63,063 nucleotides of DNA, filler included, from Octopus bimaculoides (GCF_001194135.2; 6 parts of 5 records of this genome joined end to end with filler, not necessarily neighbours in it); one strand, 5' to 3'. Shown: positions 28,045 through 39,855, numbered from the whole stretch's first letter. A program made the numbers and translations. The notes: generated by a model not told the origin, from the sequence alone.

Positions 28045-28341
28045 CTGTGCGCATGTGTGTATGTGTGTCACCTATAAAGATATCTTCGGAAATATTGATG
28101 TCGTCATTAAGTTTTTGTACCGATTCTTTGATGTGATGACAGCCAGGTAAATGTGTGATGACAATGACGACAACGGAATCTATTGTACGACAGATTCTTG
28201 GGTAGAAGAAGACTTGTGTTTCGTTGACAGAACGGTGTGTATAGCATAAAATGCAGAAATGCATCGAACATTAAACACACCACCAAATGTACAGACGCAA
28301 CTGTCATTAAATATATCAAACGTTGCAATCTTGTTTATCGT
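28045..28341 (-). other. Candidate spliced exon (possibly a 5' UTR/start exon)
   Basis: Acceptor TTTTATTTCTATGATTGTTTCAG and donor CACAG|GTAAGT bracket 297 nt of non-repetitive sequence. No frame is open throughout and I recognise no protein. Confidence 0.3.
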
Positions 28342-28599
28342 CTGAAACAATCATAGAAATAAAACAACATTTACTTTATACCGCTTCGCTTTTTGTCTTT
28401 CCCCCCTCTTCTCGGCGTTTATATCTTCAATTCTATCATCAAGCAGGTAAAAACATAGATTCGCTGCTCACGGTAACTACTCNNNNNNNNNNNNNNNNNN
28501 NNNNNNNNNNNNNNNNNNNNNNNNNNNNNNNNNNNNNNNNNNNNNNNNNNNNNNNNNNNNNNNNNNNNNNNNNNNNNNNNNNNNNNNNNNNNNNNNNNN

Positions 28600-28672
28600 G
28601 AAGAAGAAGAAGAAGAAGAAGAAGAAGAAGAAGAAGAAGAAGAAGAAGAAGAAGAAGAAGAAGAAGAAGAAA
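28600..28672. repeat. (GAA)n microsatellite
   Basis: Perfect GAA array following an N gap. Confidence 0.97.
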
Positions 28673-28918
28673 AGAATGCGGGAGTGGTATGATAGTAGTA
28701 GGATGTTAAATGGTCGAGTTCCCTGAAAGGGACTTGTTGTGGATGGTAGTAGGGATTGAATTCTTGAGATATCTCTCTTGAACGTATTGTTTTTAATACT
28801 TGCGTGGCTGTTATTCTAAGCAGCAGTTGTAGTAAAGTAAGGAAGGAGGTGGCGGTACTAAAATGTTCTCTAGGATAAAATTATTTTAACATTTTCTACC
28901 TTGACTCTTTTCCTTATA

Positions 28919-28970
<52 letters not shown>

Positions 28971-28980
28971 NNNNNNNNNN

Positions 28981-30244
28981 AGAGTTACGATATTTTTTTA
29001 ATGACTTTTGTCAATGTTATGATTTATTCCATTTGACATTTGATAGCCGTTACTTTTAGCTTACTTTAGAAGTAAATTGCACGTAATTTAGTTTACAGCT
29101 GTTAGTTCAGTGTCAATTTTAACATGGAGTGCAAAAACGAACGTTTTCACCATATTTTGCTTCTTTATTTCCATGAAGGCATGAAAACTGCTGAGGCTCA
29201 CAAAGAAGTTTATGGTGTTGATTGCTTAACAGAAGGCACAAGTCAGAAATGGTTTTAAAAATTCCGTTCTGGAGATTTTTCACTCAAAGACGATCAACCT
29301 ACTGAAGTTAATGATGACCGAATCAAAGCCATAATTGAATCTGATTGTCATATAACTGTGCGAGAGAATGCAGAGAGGTTAAATGTATCACACACAATAA
29401 TTGAAAATCCCTTAAAATGTCTTGGACTCGTTAAGAAGCTCGATATTTGGGTTCCACATAAATTGAAATAGATTCACTTAACACAACGAATCATTATTTG
29501 CGATATGCATCTGAAACGCAAGGAAATCGACCTTTTTTTTAAAACGAATCCTCACTGGTGATGAAAAAGGGATAGTCTACAATAACATCAATCAAAAACG
29601 ATCATGGTCCAAGCGTAACGAACCAGCATAAACCACATCGAAAGCTGAATTGCATCAAAAAAAGGTCATGCTGTCAATTTGGTGGGATTACTTTGATTAT
29701 TTTGATCTGCTTCCAAGAAACAAAATGATCAATTCAGATATTTACTCTCAACAACTAATGAAATTGGAAGAAGCAATCAAAGAAAAACAGCCAGAATTGG
29801 CAAATCGGAAAGGAATCGCGCTCCACCATACCAACGTTAGACCACACACGGCTTTGTTAACTCGTAAAAATTTATTGGAACTTGTTTGGGAAGTGATGTC
29901 ACATTCACCATACAGCCCTAACCTTGCACCATCAGACAACCATTTATTTTGAAGTTTGCAAAATTCTTTGAATGCTAAAACTTTCAATAATGATGATGAC
30001 CTGAAATCGCACTTGCATCAGTTTTGGCTGATGAAGACCAGAAGAGTTCTATGAGCACAGAATCGCGAAGTTGCCAGAAAGATAGTCATCGGACAAGAGG
30101 TCATCGGACAAGAGGTCATCGGACAAGAGGTCATCGGACAAAATGAAAAAAATATAATTGATTAAAATTAATTCTTTGTGTGAGTAAAAGAATGACTTTT
30201 ATTTCACACTAAAAGACCGAAATTACTTTCTTGCCAACCCAATA
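28981..30244 (+). mobile_element. Near-full-length mariner transposon with pseudogenised transposase (ATG 29124 to TAA 30165)
   Basis: MECKNERFHHIL..., WVPHKL, TGDEK, KVMLSIWWD, HTNVRPH, YSPNLAPSD, with several stops, frameshifts and deletions. The 3' TIR is ...AATTACTTTCTTGCCAACCCAA-TA; the 5' TIR is lost in the 10-N gap. Confidence 0.95.
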
Positions 30245-30819
30245 TATATATATATANNNNNNNNNNNNNNNNNNNNNNNNNNNNNNNNNNNNNNNNNNNN
30301 NNNNNNNNNNNNNNNNNNNNNNNNNNNNNNNNNNNNNNNNNNNNNNNNNNNNNNNNNNNNNNNNNNNNNNNNNNNNNNNNNNNNNNNNNNNNNNNNNNNN
30401 NNNNNNNNNNNNNNNNNNNNNNNNNNNNNNNNNNNNNNNNNNNNNNNNNNNNNNNNNNNNNNNNNNNNNNNNNNNNNNNNNNNNNNNNNNNNNNNNNNNN
30501 NNNNNNNNNNNNNNNNNNNNNNNNNNNNNNNNNNNNNNNNNNNNNNNNNNNNNNNNNNNNNNNNNATATATATGGATGTATGTACGTATGTATGTATCTA
30601 TATAGTAAATAAAAAAAAACGAAGAACACACTCACACACAGCTACACACACAGATACTGGAAGAACAAGAACTAAACAATTTCATTGATAGCCATCCATA
30701 CATACACCCATACACACAAATACACACACTTATATACACGCTTGTCTTCGCTGATTGCTTACTCTGGCGTCGTTTGTTCGTTCGAAGCCCTTTCCACAAA
30801 TTTCATATTTCTAAAATTT

Positions 30820-31085
30820 CTGGATGCTGCTGTCTTATGAAGTTTTCCTGTCCTGCCATTAAAAGCACGAAACAGATAGTAATAAACAGTCGACAACTGA
30901 GGAGGAATTAGACATCTTTTGGTATTTTGTCCTCTACTTATCTCTGTATGTTTACGCATTTTTCATTCGCTGGTGATGTCCTGCACTTAATGTATATTAA
31001 AAAAAATTTTGTCCTCTACTTATTTCTCGTGTGTTTACGTATTTCTCGCTCGCTGGTGATGTCCTGTGCTTGATGTGTATCTTTT
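30820..31085 (+). mobile_element. Penelope-like terminal fragment with hammerhead-like motifs and duplicated tail
   Basis: CTTATGA (30834)...GAAAC (30869)...CTGAGGA (30897), then two copies of about 75 nt of TTTTGTCCTCTACTTAT...CGCTGGTGATGTCCTG. Confidence 0.45.
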
Positions 31086-31174
31086 ATTTATATACACGTA
31101 CACACCATCATAAATAGATGCATAAATAGAAGCACAAACAATCAGACTCCAAAAGGACGAGTGTTGGTTCTCTA

Positions 31175-31295
31175 CAATATTAGAGTCCAGAGACAATATT
31201 AGAGTCAAGAGGGAGTCAATATTAAAGTCCAGAGGGAGACAATATTAGAGTCCAGAGACAATATTCGAGTCCAGAGACAATATTAAAGTCCAGAG
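31175..31295. repeat. Minisatellite, six 19/23-nt units CAATATTAGAGTCCAGAGA
   Basis: Directly visible tandem units, two carrying a 4-nt extension. Confidence 0.9.
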
Positions 31296-31376
31296 TGCAG
31301 CTGATTTCCACAACAAAACATTTTTGGCAGGTTGTGTTTTAACTTGGTGGCTGTTTTAAATTTAGATTTCTACGTT

Positions 31377-31408
<32 letters not shown>

Positions 31409-31466
31409 TGTATGTGCGTGTATGTATGTATGCATGTATGTGTGTATGTATGTGTGTGTATGTATG

Positions 31467-32496
31467 TGTAAGAACGACCATGCGAACCAAAAGGAGAAAT
31501 GGTGACGAATGGAAAACGGGCTCCTTTTTTAAAACGCGTCGCACGGCCGAACACAAAANNNNNNNNNNNNNNNNNNNNNNNNNNNNNNNNNNNNNNNNNN
31601 NNNNNNNNNNNNNNNNNNNNNNNNNNNNNNNNNNNNNNNNNNNNNNNNNNNNNNNNNNNNNNNNNNNNNNNNNNNNNNNNNNNNNNNNNNNNNNNNNNNN
31701 NNNNNNNNNNNNNNNNNNNNNNNNNNNNNNNNNNNNNNNNNNNGTAAACAGAAGAGTGTGTGCGAGTAATACATGTATGTGAAAGCGAGAGATACATAGT
31801 ATTGAATAGAGTCAGTAACACGTATAAGGGATTTAAGATACCAGTTCTTTGTTAGAGTACACAGTGGTAAGTGTCTGTATATAAGAAGTTAAAGCGTTAG
31901 AGCAGAGCGCTCACTCGTCGTGATGTTAGGGCTTCTATGCCGAGCCGGGTTCTTGGATACAGATGTTCTTCGCAGGCTGGGTTCTTGTCTGTTAATTTCG
32001 TGGTGAGGCGATTCACACAAACAGGGCTGAAAAGCTGCGGTTAGCTGTTGGTAGCTTGTGTACGTGTAGAAAGTCATGTTGATGCTGGCGGTGATGCTGG
32101 TAGTCGTAGAGTCGTGTTGCTGCTGGCCATGTCGGGGGCGATGCTTGTAGCTCGTAGTTGGACGATGGTGTTGTTGATGTCGTCGCTGGAACTGGCTGGT
32201 TGGTTGGTGCTGTGTTACGCGTGTGTGGCCAGCGGCCAGATCTAGGAGATCTGGGGCGCGACGAATTGCCGGGTATCTAGCAGGCTATTTATAGCTGAAG
32301 GTAGGCTCCAGAGAAGCATTAGAAAAACACTACCACGTGACCTTATTAGGGGCTATGGTTGGTCAGTTTGCGTCCTGGGGGCAAATGGAGATAATTTACC
32401 CGCGCAAAGAATAGTCAGTCAGGTGATCACACAGCAAGCTGCTTTCTGCTACGCCCGCACTTGTTAATATTTATAGTGAGAGAAATGTTCACTACA
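31467..32496 (-). mobile_element. Solo LTR (Gypsy-like by TSD length), copy 1
   Basis: Minus strand starts TGTAGTGAA and ends GTTCTTACA (TG...CA); TATA-like CTATAAATAG; TATG on both flanks; homologous to 46722-47796. Confidence 0.85.
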
Positions 32497-33179
32497 TATG
32501 TATTATGCATGTATGTATGAACGTGTTTGTGTGTGCGTGCGTGTGTGTATGTATGTATGAGCGTGTTTGTGTATATATGTATTATGTGCGTATGTGCGTA
32601 TGTATGTATGTATGTGCGTATGTATGTATGTATGTATGTGTGCATGTATGTATGTGTGTGTATGTATGTATGTGTGTATGTATGTATGTATGCATGTGTG
32701 CATGTATGTATGCGTGTGTGTGCGTGCGTGCGTGTATATGTATGTGTATATATGTATGTATGAGTGTGTGTGTGTATGTGTTTTGGCCGAGTGATTTTGT
32801 TTTGTATGGTAGCATATTTCTTTCCAAAAGATATAGCTTGCTGCCGTAATTGTTTCTCTGAAAAACTCGAGAACGTTGCATATCCCTTATCCCTTATCCC
32901 TTATCCCTTATCTCGATATTCTTCAAGTCTCTTCGTGTAGCGTAATCGAAGGATCTTCCTCAGCCGTCCTATAAAAAGTCTTGATCCAGCGAAAGTCGAC
33001 TGGAATTTTCCTCGATGGTTCCTCGATCTGCGACAGCTGACTCCGGTTTCTTTCGTCACCATTGTGTTTGCATCGTAATTTCCCAAAATATGAATACTGC
33101 TACGATCTTTTCAAAAAAGTTTGCTTCTTCGCATTGACTCAGAGAAGATAGCCATTTCGTTTACCAGGCTTGTATTAAT

Positions 33180-33381
33180 CTTTTCTACTCTAGGCACAAG
33201 GCCCGAAATTTTGGGGGAGGGGGCCAGTCGATTAGATCGACTCCAGTACGCAAGTGGCACTTAATTTATCGACCCTGAAAGGCAAAGTCGACCTCGACGG
33301 AATTTGAACTCAGAACGTAGACAGACGAAATACTGCTAAGCATTTCGCATGGCGTGCTAACGATCCTGACAACTCGCCACC
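33180..33381 (-). mobile_element. SINE family A, full length with 19-bp TSD
   Basis: A-box-like head and B box GAGTTCAAATTCC; TTACCAGGCTTGTATTAAT is duplicated at 33161-33179 and 33382-33400. Confidence 0.92.
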
Positions 33382-33916
33382 TTACCAGGCTTGTATTAAT
33401 GGCAAACATTATAGGAGATAGTATTCATTATTCTGCAGAATGAATTGTCCTCTATGTCAACACGCCTGTATTCGACGCCATGATGTATGGACTTCTCATT
33501 CGTTTTTTAATCTAGAATCACTTTGGACCGGCCACCTACTTGGTAGCAAGGCTGTAAAGGAAAACAGCCTCGTTTAAACATCCTCTTTTAAATCTGAAGG
33601 TGTTGCAGATTTCTGTAGCCCTAGATACCGTGATCAGTTGTAGTGCATGAATTAAGGACTTGTCTTCTCGCCCCAATCACCCAAATTTAGCCATACTTTG
33701 GTCCGGACGGGGTTGGTACGTATCCTGTTGGTCCAGTAATAACAGGTATGAAGCTGAAAGTGTATTTTGGGGACTAGATTTGCAAACTCCTTATTAATGG
33801 TCCGTAAATGTCCTCTATGTATGTATGTATGTATGTATGTATGTATGTATGTACGTGTGCGTATGTATGTATGTATGTATGTATGTATGTATGTATGTAT
33901 GTGTGTNNNNNNNNNN

Positions 33917-34459
33917 TTCAGTTTATTTCAAGATTTTTTTTTTGCCAATAGAGAAAGAACCGGTTTCTAACCCAGATCCAAGGTTCCTTCATTGGAATTT
34001 CAACATCAATAACAGGCTATTTTTGTTTGTTTGTATGTATGTATGTATGTATGTATGTATGTATGTATGTATGTATGCTTTATGTATGTGTTATGTATGT
34101 ATTCTCATGCATATAGCTACATATCTAGACATGTTCATTTATATTTAAATGATAAACTTCTGGAAAGTTTTACAGATTTTTACAGTTCCAGTAATGGATC
34201 GGATCTGTAGTCTTCGAATCAGCTTTCTCCTTTCTGGTTTTGCGAAGCCTAATTTTTCAAGATTAGCATTTAGGCAGTGTGTTACATATCCCAGGGCTCC
34301 AATAATTACAGGTATAAACCTGAACTTGTAATCTGGATAGAGCAAGTGTAGATTTCTCAATAGTTCAGCATAGGCGTTCTCTTTTTCACTGATCTTCAGC
34401 TTTATGTTAACATCCGCTGGGCACCGAATTTCCACAACTGCGCCACAGTTTATCTTCTC

Positions 34460-34462
<3 letters not shown>
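33917..34462 (-). mobile_element. 5'-truncated R4/Dong-like LINE with restriction-like endonuclease C-terminus
   Basis: ORF part EKINCGAVVEIRCPADVNIKLKISEKENAY...FIPVIIGALG...GTVKICKTFQKFII* plus a 3' UTR; flanked by (TATG)n on both sides. Confidence 0.85.
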
Positions 34463-34491
<29 letters not shown>

Positions 34492-34885
34492 TGTATGTAT
34501 GTATGTGTGTATGTGTGTGTATGTATGTGCGTATGCATGCGTGCATGTATGTGTGTGTGTGTATGTTACACTTCATTAGGTCAAAGGGTGCTAGCATAAC
34601 AGAATGGTTAAGAAGTTAGCGTCATAATCTTGCGGATTACGTGAAGAGTACGAGGGTCTGTGGTATATTCAGCCACTTTTATATACTACAACATGCTGGG
34701 AGTTTGTCTTATTGAACAGCCAACGGACGATGAACCCATTTACTGTTAGTTACTGCATCAAAACTGGACCTATCTGCACTTATGAGGTCTGTGGTTCGAA
34801 CCCTGTCTACATCACTGCACTATGTCCATGACCATCACCCTTGATTCTCGTTGGTTGAATCTTCTTTTGCATAAATATATTGTTG

Positions 34886-35198
34886 TTGGCTTCGTGGTTT
34901 GGGTATTCAGCTCACTGTCGCAAGGTCATGAGTTCGATTCCCGGCGACGCGTTGTGTCCTTGAGCAAGACACTTTATTTCACATTGCTCCAGTCCACTCA
35001 ATTTATAAAAATGAGTTGTACCTGTAATTCAAGAGGGACCAGCCTTGTAACGTCCTGTGTCACACTGAATCTCCCTGAGGACCACGTTAAGGGTACCATG
35101 TCTGTGGAGTACTCAGCCACTTGGGCGCTAATTTCACCAGTAGACTGTTCCGTTGATTGGTTCAAATGGAATCATCGTCGTAATCGACGGAGTACCAG
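34886..35198 (+). mobile_element. SINE family C, full length
   Basis: B box GAGTTCGATTCCC, core GTTGTGTCCTTGAGCAAGACACTTTATTTCAC, end GACGGAGTACCA; homologous to 41519-41825. Confidence 0.88.
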
Positions 35199-36097
35199 TT
35201 CCTTGCTTAGTCCTAGATAAATCTGGTCCATGAAAAATATAATCAAGACAATCCAGCCATTTAACGGATATTTGGCTGCTATTTCTAGCAGTTTTTGCGC
35301 TCATGTAAGCGCTCCCTGTTAGAAATAGCAGCCAAATTTCCCTTTCTCTAATGCTTTAAAGATCGGAATAACATATTGGACAATATAGTTCAGTCCCGGC
35401 TGACCTGGGGTTAAACAACAACAACTACCACCACCACTACTACTGCAGCCGCTACAACCTCCCACACTACCACCACCACCACCACTACCGCAAGGGTTTC
35501 CATGACGACTCTAAATAAGAGGAGAGTGGGGTTGGGTGGGGGTTGAGGTGTTGGGTGGGGGTTGAGGTGTNNNNNNNNNNNNNNNNNNNNNNNNNNNNNN
35601 NNNNNNNNNNNNNNNNNNNNNNNNNNNNNNNNNNNNNNNNNNNNNNNNNNNNNNNNNNNNNNNNNNNNNNNNNNNNNNNNNNNNNNNNNNNNNNNNNNNN
35701 NNNNNNNNNNNNNNNNNNNNNNNNNNNNNNNNNNNNNNNNNNNNNNNNNNNNNNNNNNNNNNNNNNNNNNNNNNNNNNNNNNNNNNNNNNNNNNNNNNNN
35801 NNNNNNNNNNNNNNNNNNNNNNNNNNNNNNNNNNNNNNNNNNNNNNNNNNNNNNNNNNNNNNNNNNNNNNNNNNNNNNNNNNNNNNNNNNNNNNNNNNNN
35901 NNNNNNNNNNNNNNNNNNNNNNNNNNNNNNNNNNNNNNNNNNNNNNNNNNNNNNNNNNNNNNNNNNNNNNNNNNNNNNNNNNNNNNNNNNNNNNNNNNNN
36001 NNNNNNNNNNNNNNNNNNNNNNNNNNNNNNNNNNNNNNNNNNNNNNNNNNNNNNNNNNNNNNNNNNNNNNNNNNNNNNNNNNNNNNNNNNNNNNNNN

Positions 36098-36127
36098 TTG
36101 GTAGACGGAAACTGAAAGAAGCCAGTC

Positions 36128-36163
<36 letters not shown>

Positions 36164-36350
36164 TTGTTCCCCACTACCGCTTGACAACCGGTGTTGGTGT
36201 GTTTACGTCCCCGTAACTAAGCGGCAGAACAGACCAAAAGGCTTTAAAATGAAAACAAGTCCTGGGGTCGATTCATTCGACTAAAACCTCTTCACGGCAG
36301 TGCCCCAGCATGGCCACAGTCTAATGACTGAAACAAGTAAAAGAGAAAAG
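36098..36350 (+). mobile_element. SINE family B, core plus tail (head in N gap)
   Basis: TTGGTAGACGGAAACTGAAAGAAGCC...(GT)n...CCAGCATGGCCACAGTCTAATGACTGAAACAAGTAAAAG. Confidence 0.85.
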
Positions 36351-37289
36351 ATACACTGGATCGTAGGTTTCAATTCTCTTAAGCCGTCTACATCAGGGCC
36401 TTCTTTGGGGGTCTTCAGCTCAGTGCTACAAAGTGTCCCTTCTTTTACCAGTTGGGACAGTTTGGTGAATACAGCCAGGAAGAGCAAGCTTAGAATATAT
36501 CATCATCATCATCATCATCATCATTATCGTCACCACCACCACCACCATCGTCATCATTCCCTGGATTCACCTGAAACGATAAATTACAAGACTACACAAA
36601 TGTAGAGTATTCTTTAAATACTTTATCACCGAAAGGCTCCGATTTCCAGCACTCGGTGTTACTATTTTCCTATCATCATCAGCTGGTAAACTGTGCCGTT
36701 TTTCTTTTGAAATATTCACTGATTTTTTTTTTTAAATATGAAATGAAAGTTCGAAAAAAAACAAAACACAAAAAAAACCTCTGATCCTTATGTTCTTTTG
36801 TTTCAAAACCTTTATGAGCGACACGTGCAATAACGGATGCTTCAAACTCACACTTTTGATTTCATTTTTGGTTTGTGTGGGATTACTATAATATTATAAT
36901 AATGTTATTATAAATACAATAATATTATTGTAAAGGTTCTTAAACTTGATACGAGCGAAGTCATGACGTTGCGTTGTTGTTTAAACAATGTTTTAAAGGA
37001 ATAATTTTAATTAATGATTTTAAAAACAATGAGTATGTATGTTTATTTTGCATGCTCCCGTGCAGACGCATACATATACATTTATATACACTCATACACA
37101 CATTTATACACAGAATTATATATGCATACATACATATAGACATATCCATATGTGCACATAAGATACGTAGACACACACCCACACATGTTAAAACATATAT
37201 TAATAAAATCCATTGATTAAACTTTTTGAAACTAACGTTTTTCCTCAATCGGAATGAAATTCGGGGACACTTGTATTTACATAGAAGAT

Positions 37290-37620
37290 ACTTAGCTGTA
37301 AACAATTCAGTTTTTCTCTTCAAACTGTTAATGGCTTGAGTCAAGATTCTCAACTTTTCTCTCAAACAAAAGTCACACCGCTTTGATGGTTGTGCTCTAT
37401 CGACAATATACCAAGTAATTTTTAATTTGTGAGGACTTGCCTTGCATAGGAACCATATGAATTTCAGCAAAACCGTATCACATTCTCTATTGGGGTGTAC
37501 AAATGAATGTTTGTGTTTGTAATAACGATTTTTGAATGTGTGTCCCGTTGCCGCAATATATGTAGGTTCATCACTGTCGTTTGATTCAACCTTGGCGTTG
37601 TATACTATCAACTTCCCCAA
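37290..37620 (-). mobile_element. Penelope-like GIY-YIG endonuclease fragment
   Basis: IVYNAKV...TYIAATGHTFKNRYYKHKHSF...LKFIW...CDFCLREKLRIL...KRKTELF matches the PLE GIY-YIG C-terminal pattern. Confidence 0.85.
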
Positions 37621-37631
37621 ATAGTTACTGC

Positions 37632-37703
<72 letters not shown>

Positions 37704-38006
37704 NNNNNNNNNNNNNNNNNNNNNNNNNATATTACCTTAAAATCTTCCTCAAAGGTGAGCTATAAAGGTTTCCCTGAAATATCCTCCTCCTCCTCCTCCT
37801 CCTGTCAATCTGTCTGTATCTGCTGGTTATACATACCAAACTGCGTCTTACTTAATCTTCATGTTCGTCCGAAGGGATTTGGTTTTTAACTTGTAACACA
37901 TAGTATCGGTCACGGATGTCTGCTTAAGATGTTGTAGCGATTCTTACCATTTATTAGTACCTAATTTGAAATGAGGAATTACGTACATTATTTACATTAT
38001 GCCCAC

Positions 38007-38081
38007 GGGCATATGGCGTAGTGGTTAAGAGCGCGGGCTACTAACCCCAAGATTCCGAGTTCAATTCCATGCAGTGACCTG
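38007..38081 (+). mobile_element. tRNA-like SINE head
   Basis: GGGCATATGGCGTAGTGGTTAAGAGCGCGGGCTACTAACCCCAAGATTCCGAGTTCAATTCC has A and B boxes and an anticodon-like arm, but the acceptor stem does not pair, so it is not called a tRNA. Confidence 0.75.
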
Positions 38082-38104
38082 AATAATAATGATGATGATG
38101 ATGA

Positions 38105-38704
<600 letters not shown>

Positions 38705-38752
38705 ATTGAAAAATACCTTAGGAATGAGAATTCAGGTTCGAAATTTCCCCAA

Positions 38753-38798
38753 GGCACCTGATGAAGGCTGGAAGGTATATCAACCAAAACGTTGTGTT
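38753..38798 (+). ncRNA. Minimal type I hammerhead ribozyme motif, probably inactive in this copy
   Basis: Stem I GGCAC/GTGTT, core CTGATGA, stem II GGCTG..CAACC (one mismatch), AAAAC in place of GAAAC (G12A), palindromic helix III AACGTT, GUU cleavage triplet. Confidence 0.65.
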
Positions 38799-38940
38799 AA
38801 CAATAAACAAGATGAGGACAAATATCCATCAAATGTAAATAATTACTTTTTCTTTTTTCTCGAGTCCTAGGATTCATAAGGGTTACCATGGTGACCGAGA
38901 CCACAACATTGCTCTTGAAGAGGATGCTGATCCGTTGCAG

Positions 38941-39140
38941 GGTTCAAAGTTAGCAATTTTGAGGGGAGGGACAAGTCGATTACATCGATCCAAATACTTG
39001 AATGGTACTTATTTTATCGACGGCGAAGGGATGAATGGTCAAGTTAGCGGCGAGATTTGAACTCAGAACGTAAAGATTTGGGGGAAATGCCGTTAAGCAT
39101 TTTGTCCGATGCGCTAGCGATTCTATCAGCTTACTGTCTT
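38941..39140 (-). mobile_element. SINE family A
   Basis: AAGTCGATTACATCGA...GATTTGAACTCAGAACGTAAAG...AAGCATTTTG matches 33180-33381. Confidence 0.78.
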
Positions 39141-39295
39141 ATCTAAAGATACTGTTCACCACCATACTCTGCTTACCATTTTGGACATGTTTATTCTCGT
39201 TAGTTGATAATAGATTGGCCGCACCGGTCTCTTTTTGGTGGAGGGTGGACATTAAACCACTCGACCTCACCCTTGCTCCGTGGAATGTTATAGGC

Positions 39296-39417
39296 CAGTG
39301 GTTCCCAACCTGGGGTCTGCAGATCTCTGGTGGTCTGCAAAGGTAGTACTTGGGGATCTTTTTTAAAACGGGGGCCACATTTTTCATTAACGAAACACTT
39401 TGAAACTTGGAACACTG
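39296..39417. mobile_element. hAT/Charlie-like MITE
   Basis: CAGTGGTTCCCAACCT ... AACTTGGAACACTG imperfect TIRs; no clear TSD. Confidence 0.6.
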
Positions 39418-39593
39418 GTAGAATGTGTCATATAAAACATCTTTTTCTCTTAGTCTTCTTAAAAAAAAAAGAAATTTTCTGTAATTTCAACGAATCACTG
39501 ACGTCCATTCAACCGATATACATTAAGTGCCGACTACATAAACAAACGATTCTGAAACAATTCTATCGGTGATAGGGTTAGGGTTAGGGTTAG

Positions 39594-39693
39594 NNNNNNN
39601 NNNNNNNNNNNNNNNNNNNNNNNNNNNNNNNNNNNNNTTAATTAATTAANNNNNNNNNNNNNNNNNNNNNNNNNNNNNNNNNNNNNNNNNNNN
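39594..39693. other. Artificial scaffold-join spacer
   Basis: 44 N + TTAATTAATTAA (39638-39649) + 44 N. Confidence 0.92.
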
Positions 39694-39811
39694 ACACACA
39701 CACGTTATCTTTTAAACTTTTGCTACAGACATTACTCCTAAGTACTATATTTGTAACCATTTCCAATTATTAGTCGTACGTTTAATTTATTTTAGTAGAC
39801 ATTTCGAGCAA

Positions 39812-39855
<44 letters not shown>

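Noticed and set aside
28107-28328. C2H2 zinc-finger-like peptide FRCRHCHHTFTWLSSHQRI
   Set aside because: Spacing between F and L is three residues short, the second His is missing, and there is no linker or neighbouring finger; probably chance.
31175-31295. CRISPR-like array
   Set aside because: Units are contiguous with no unique spacers, there are no cas genes, and the context is eukaryotic; it is a minisatellite.
31889-32245. Short ORFs within the LTRs (also 46992-47264)
   Set aside because: They are not conserved in frame between the two LTR copies and have no recognisable domain.
32830-33780. Possible L1/Tx1-like RT-thumb relic around the SINE (SRYLGL, WRRIQ, FIFW)
   Set aside because: The motifs are too short and broken to support a call without a search.
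38007-38081. Genuine tRNA gene with ACT anticodon
   Set aside because: The acceptor stem does not pair and it runs straight into a microsatellite; treated as a SINE head.
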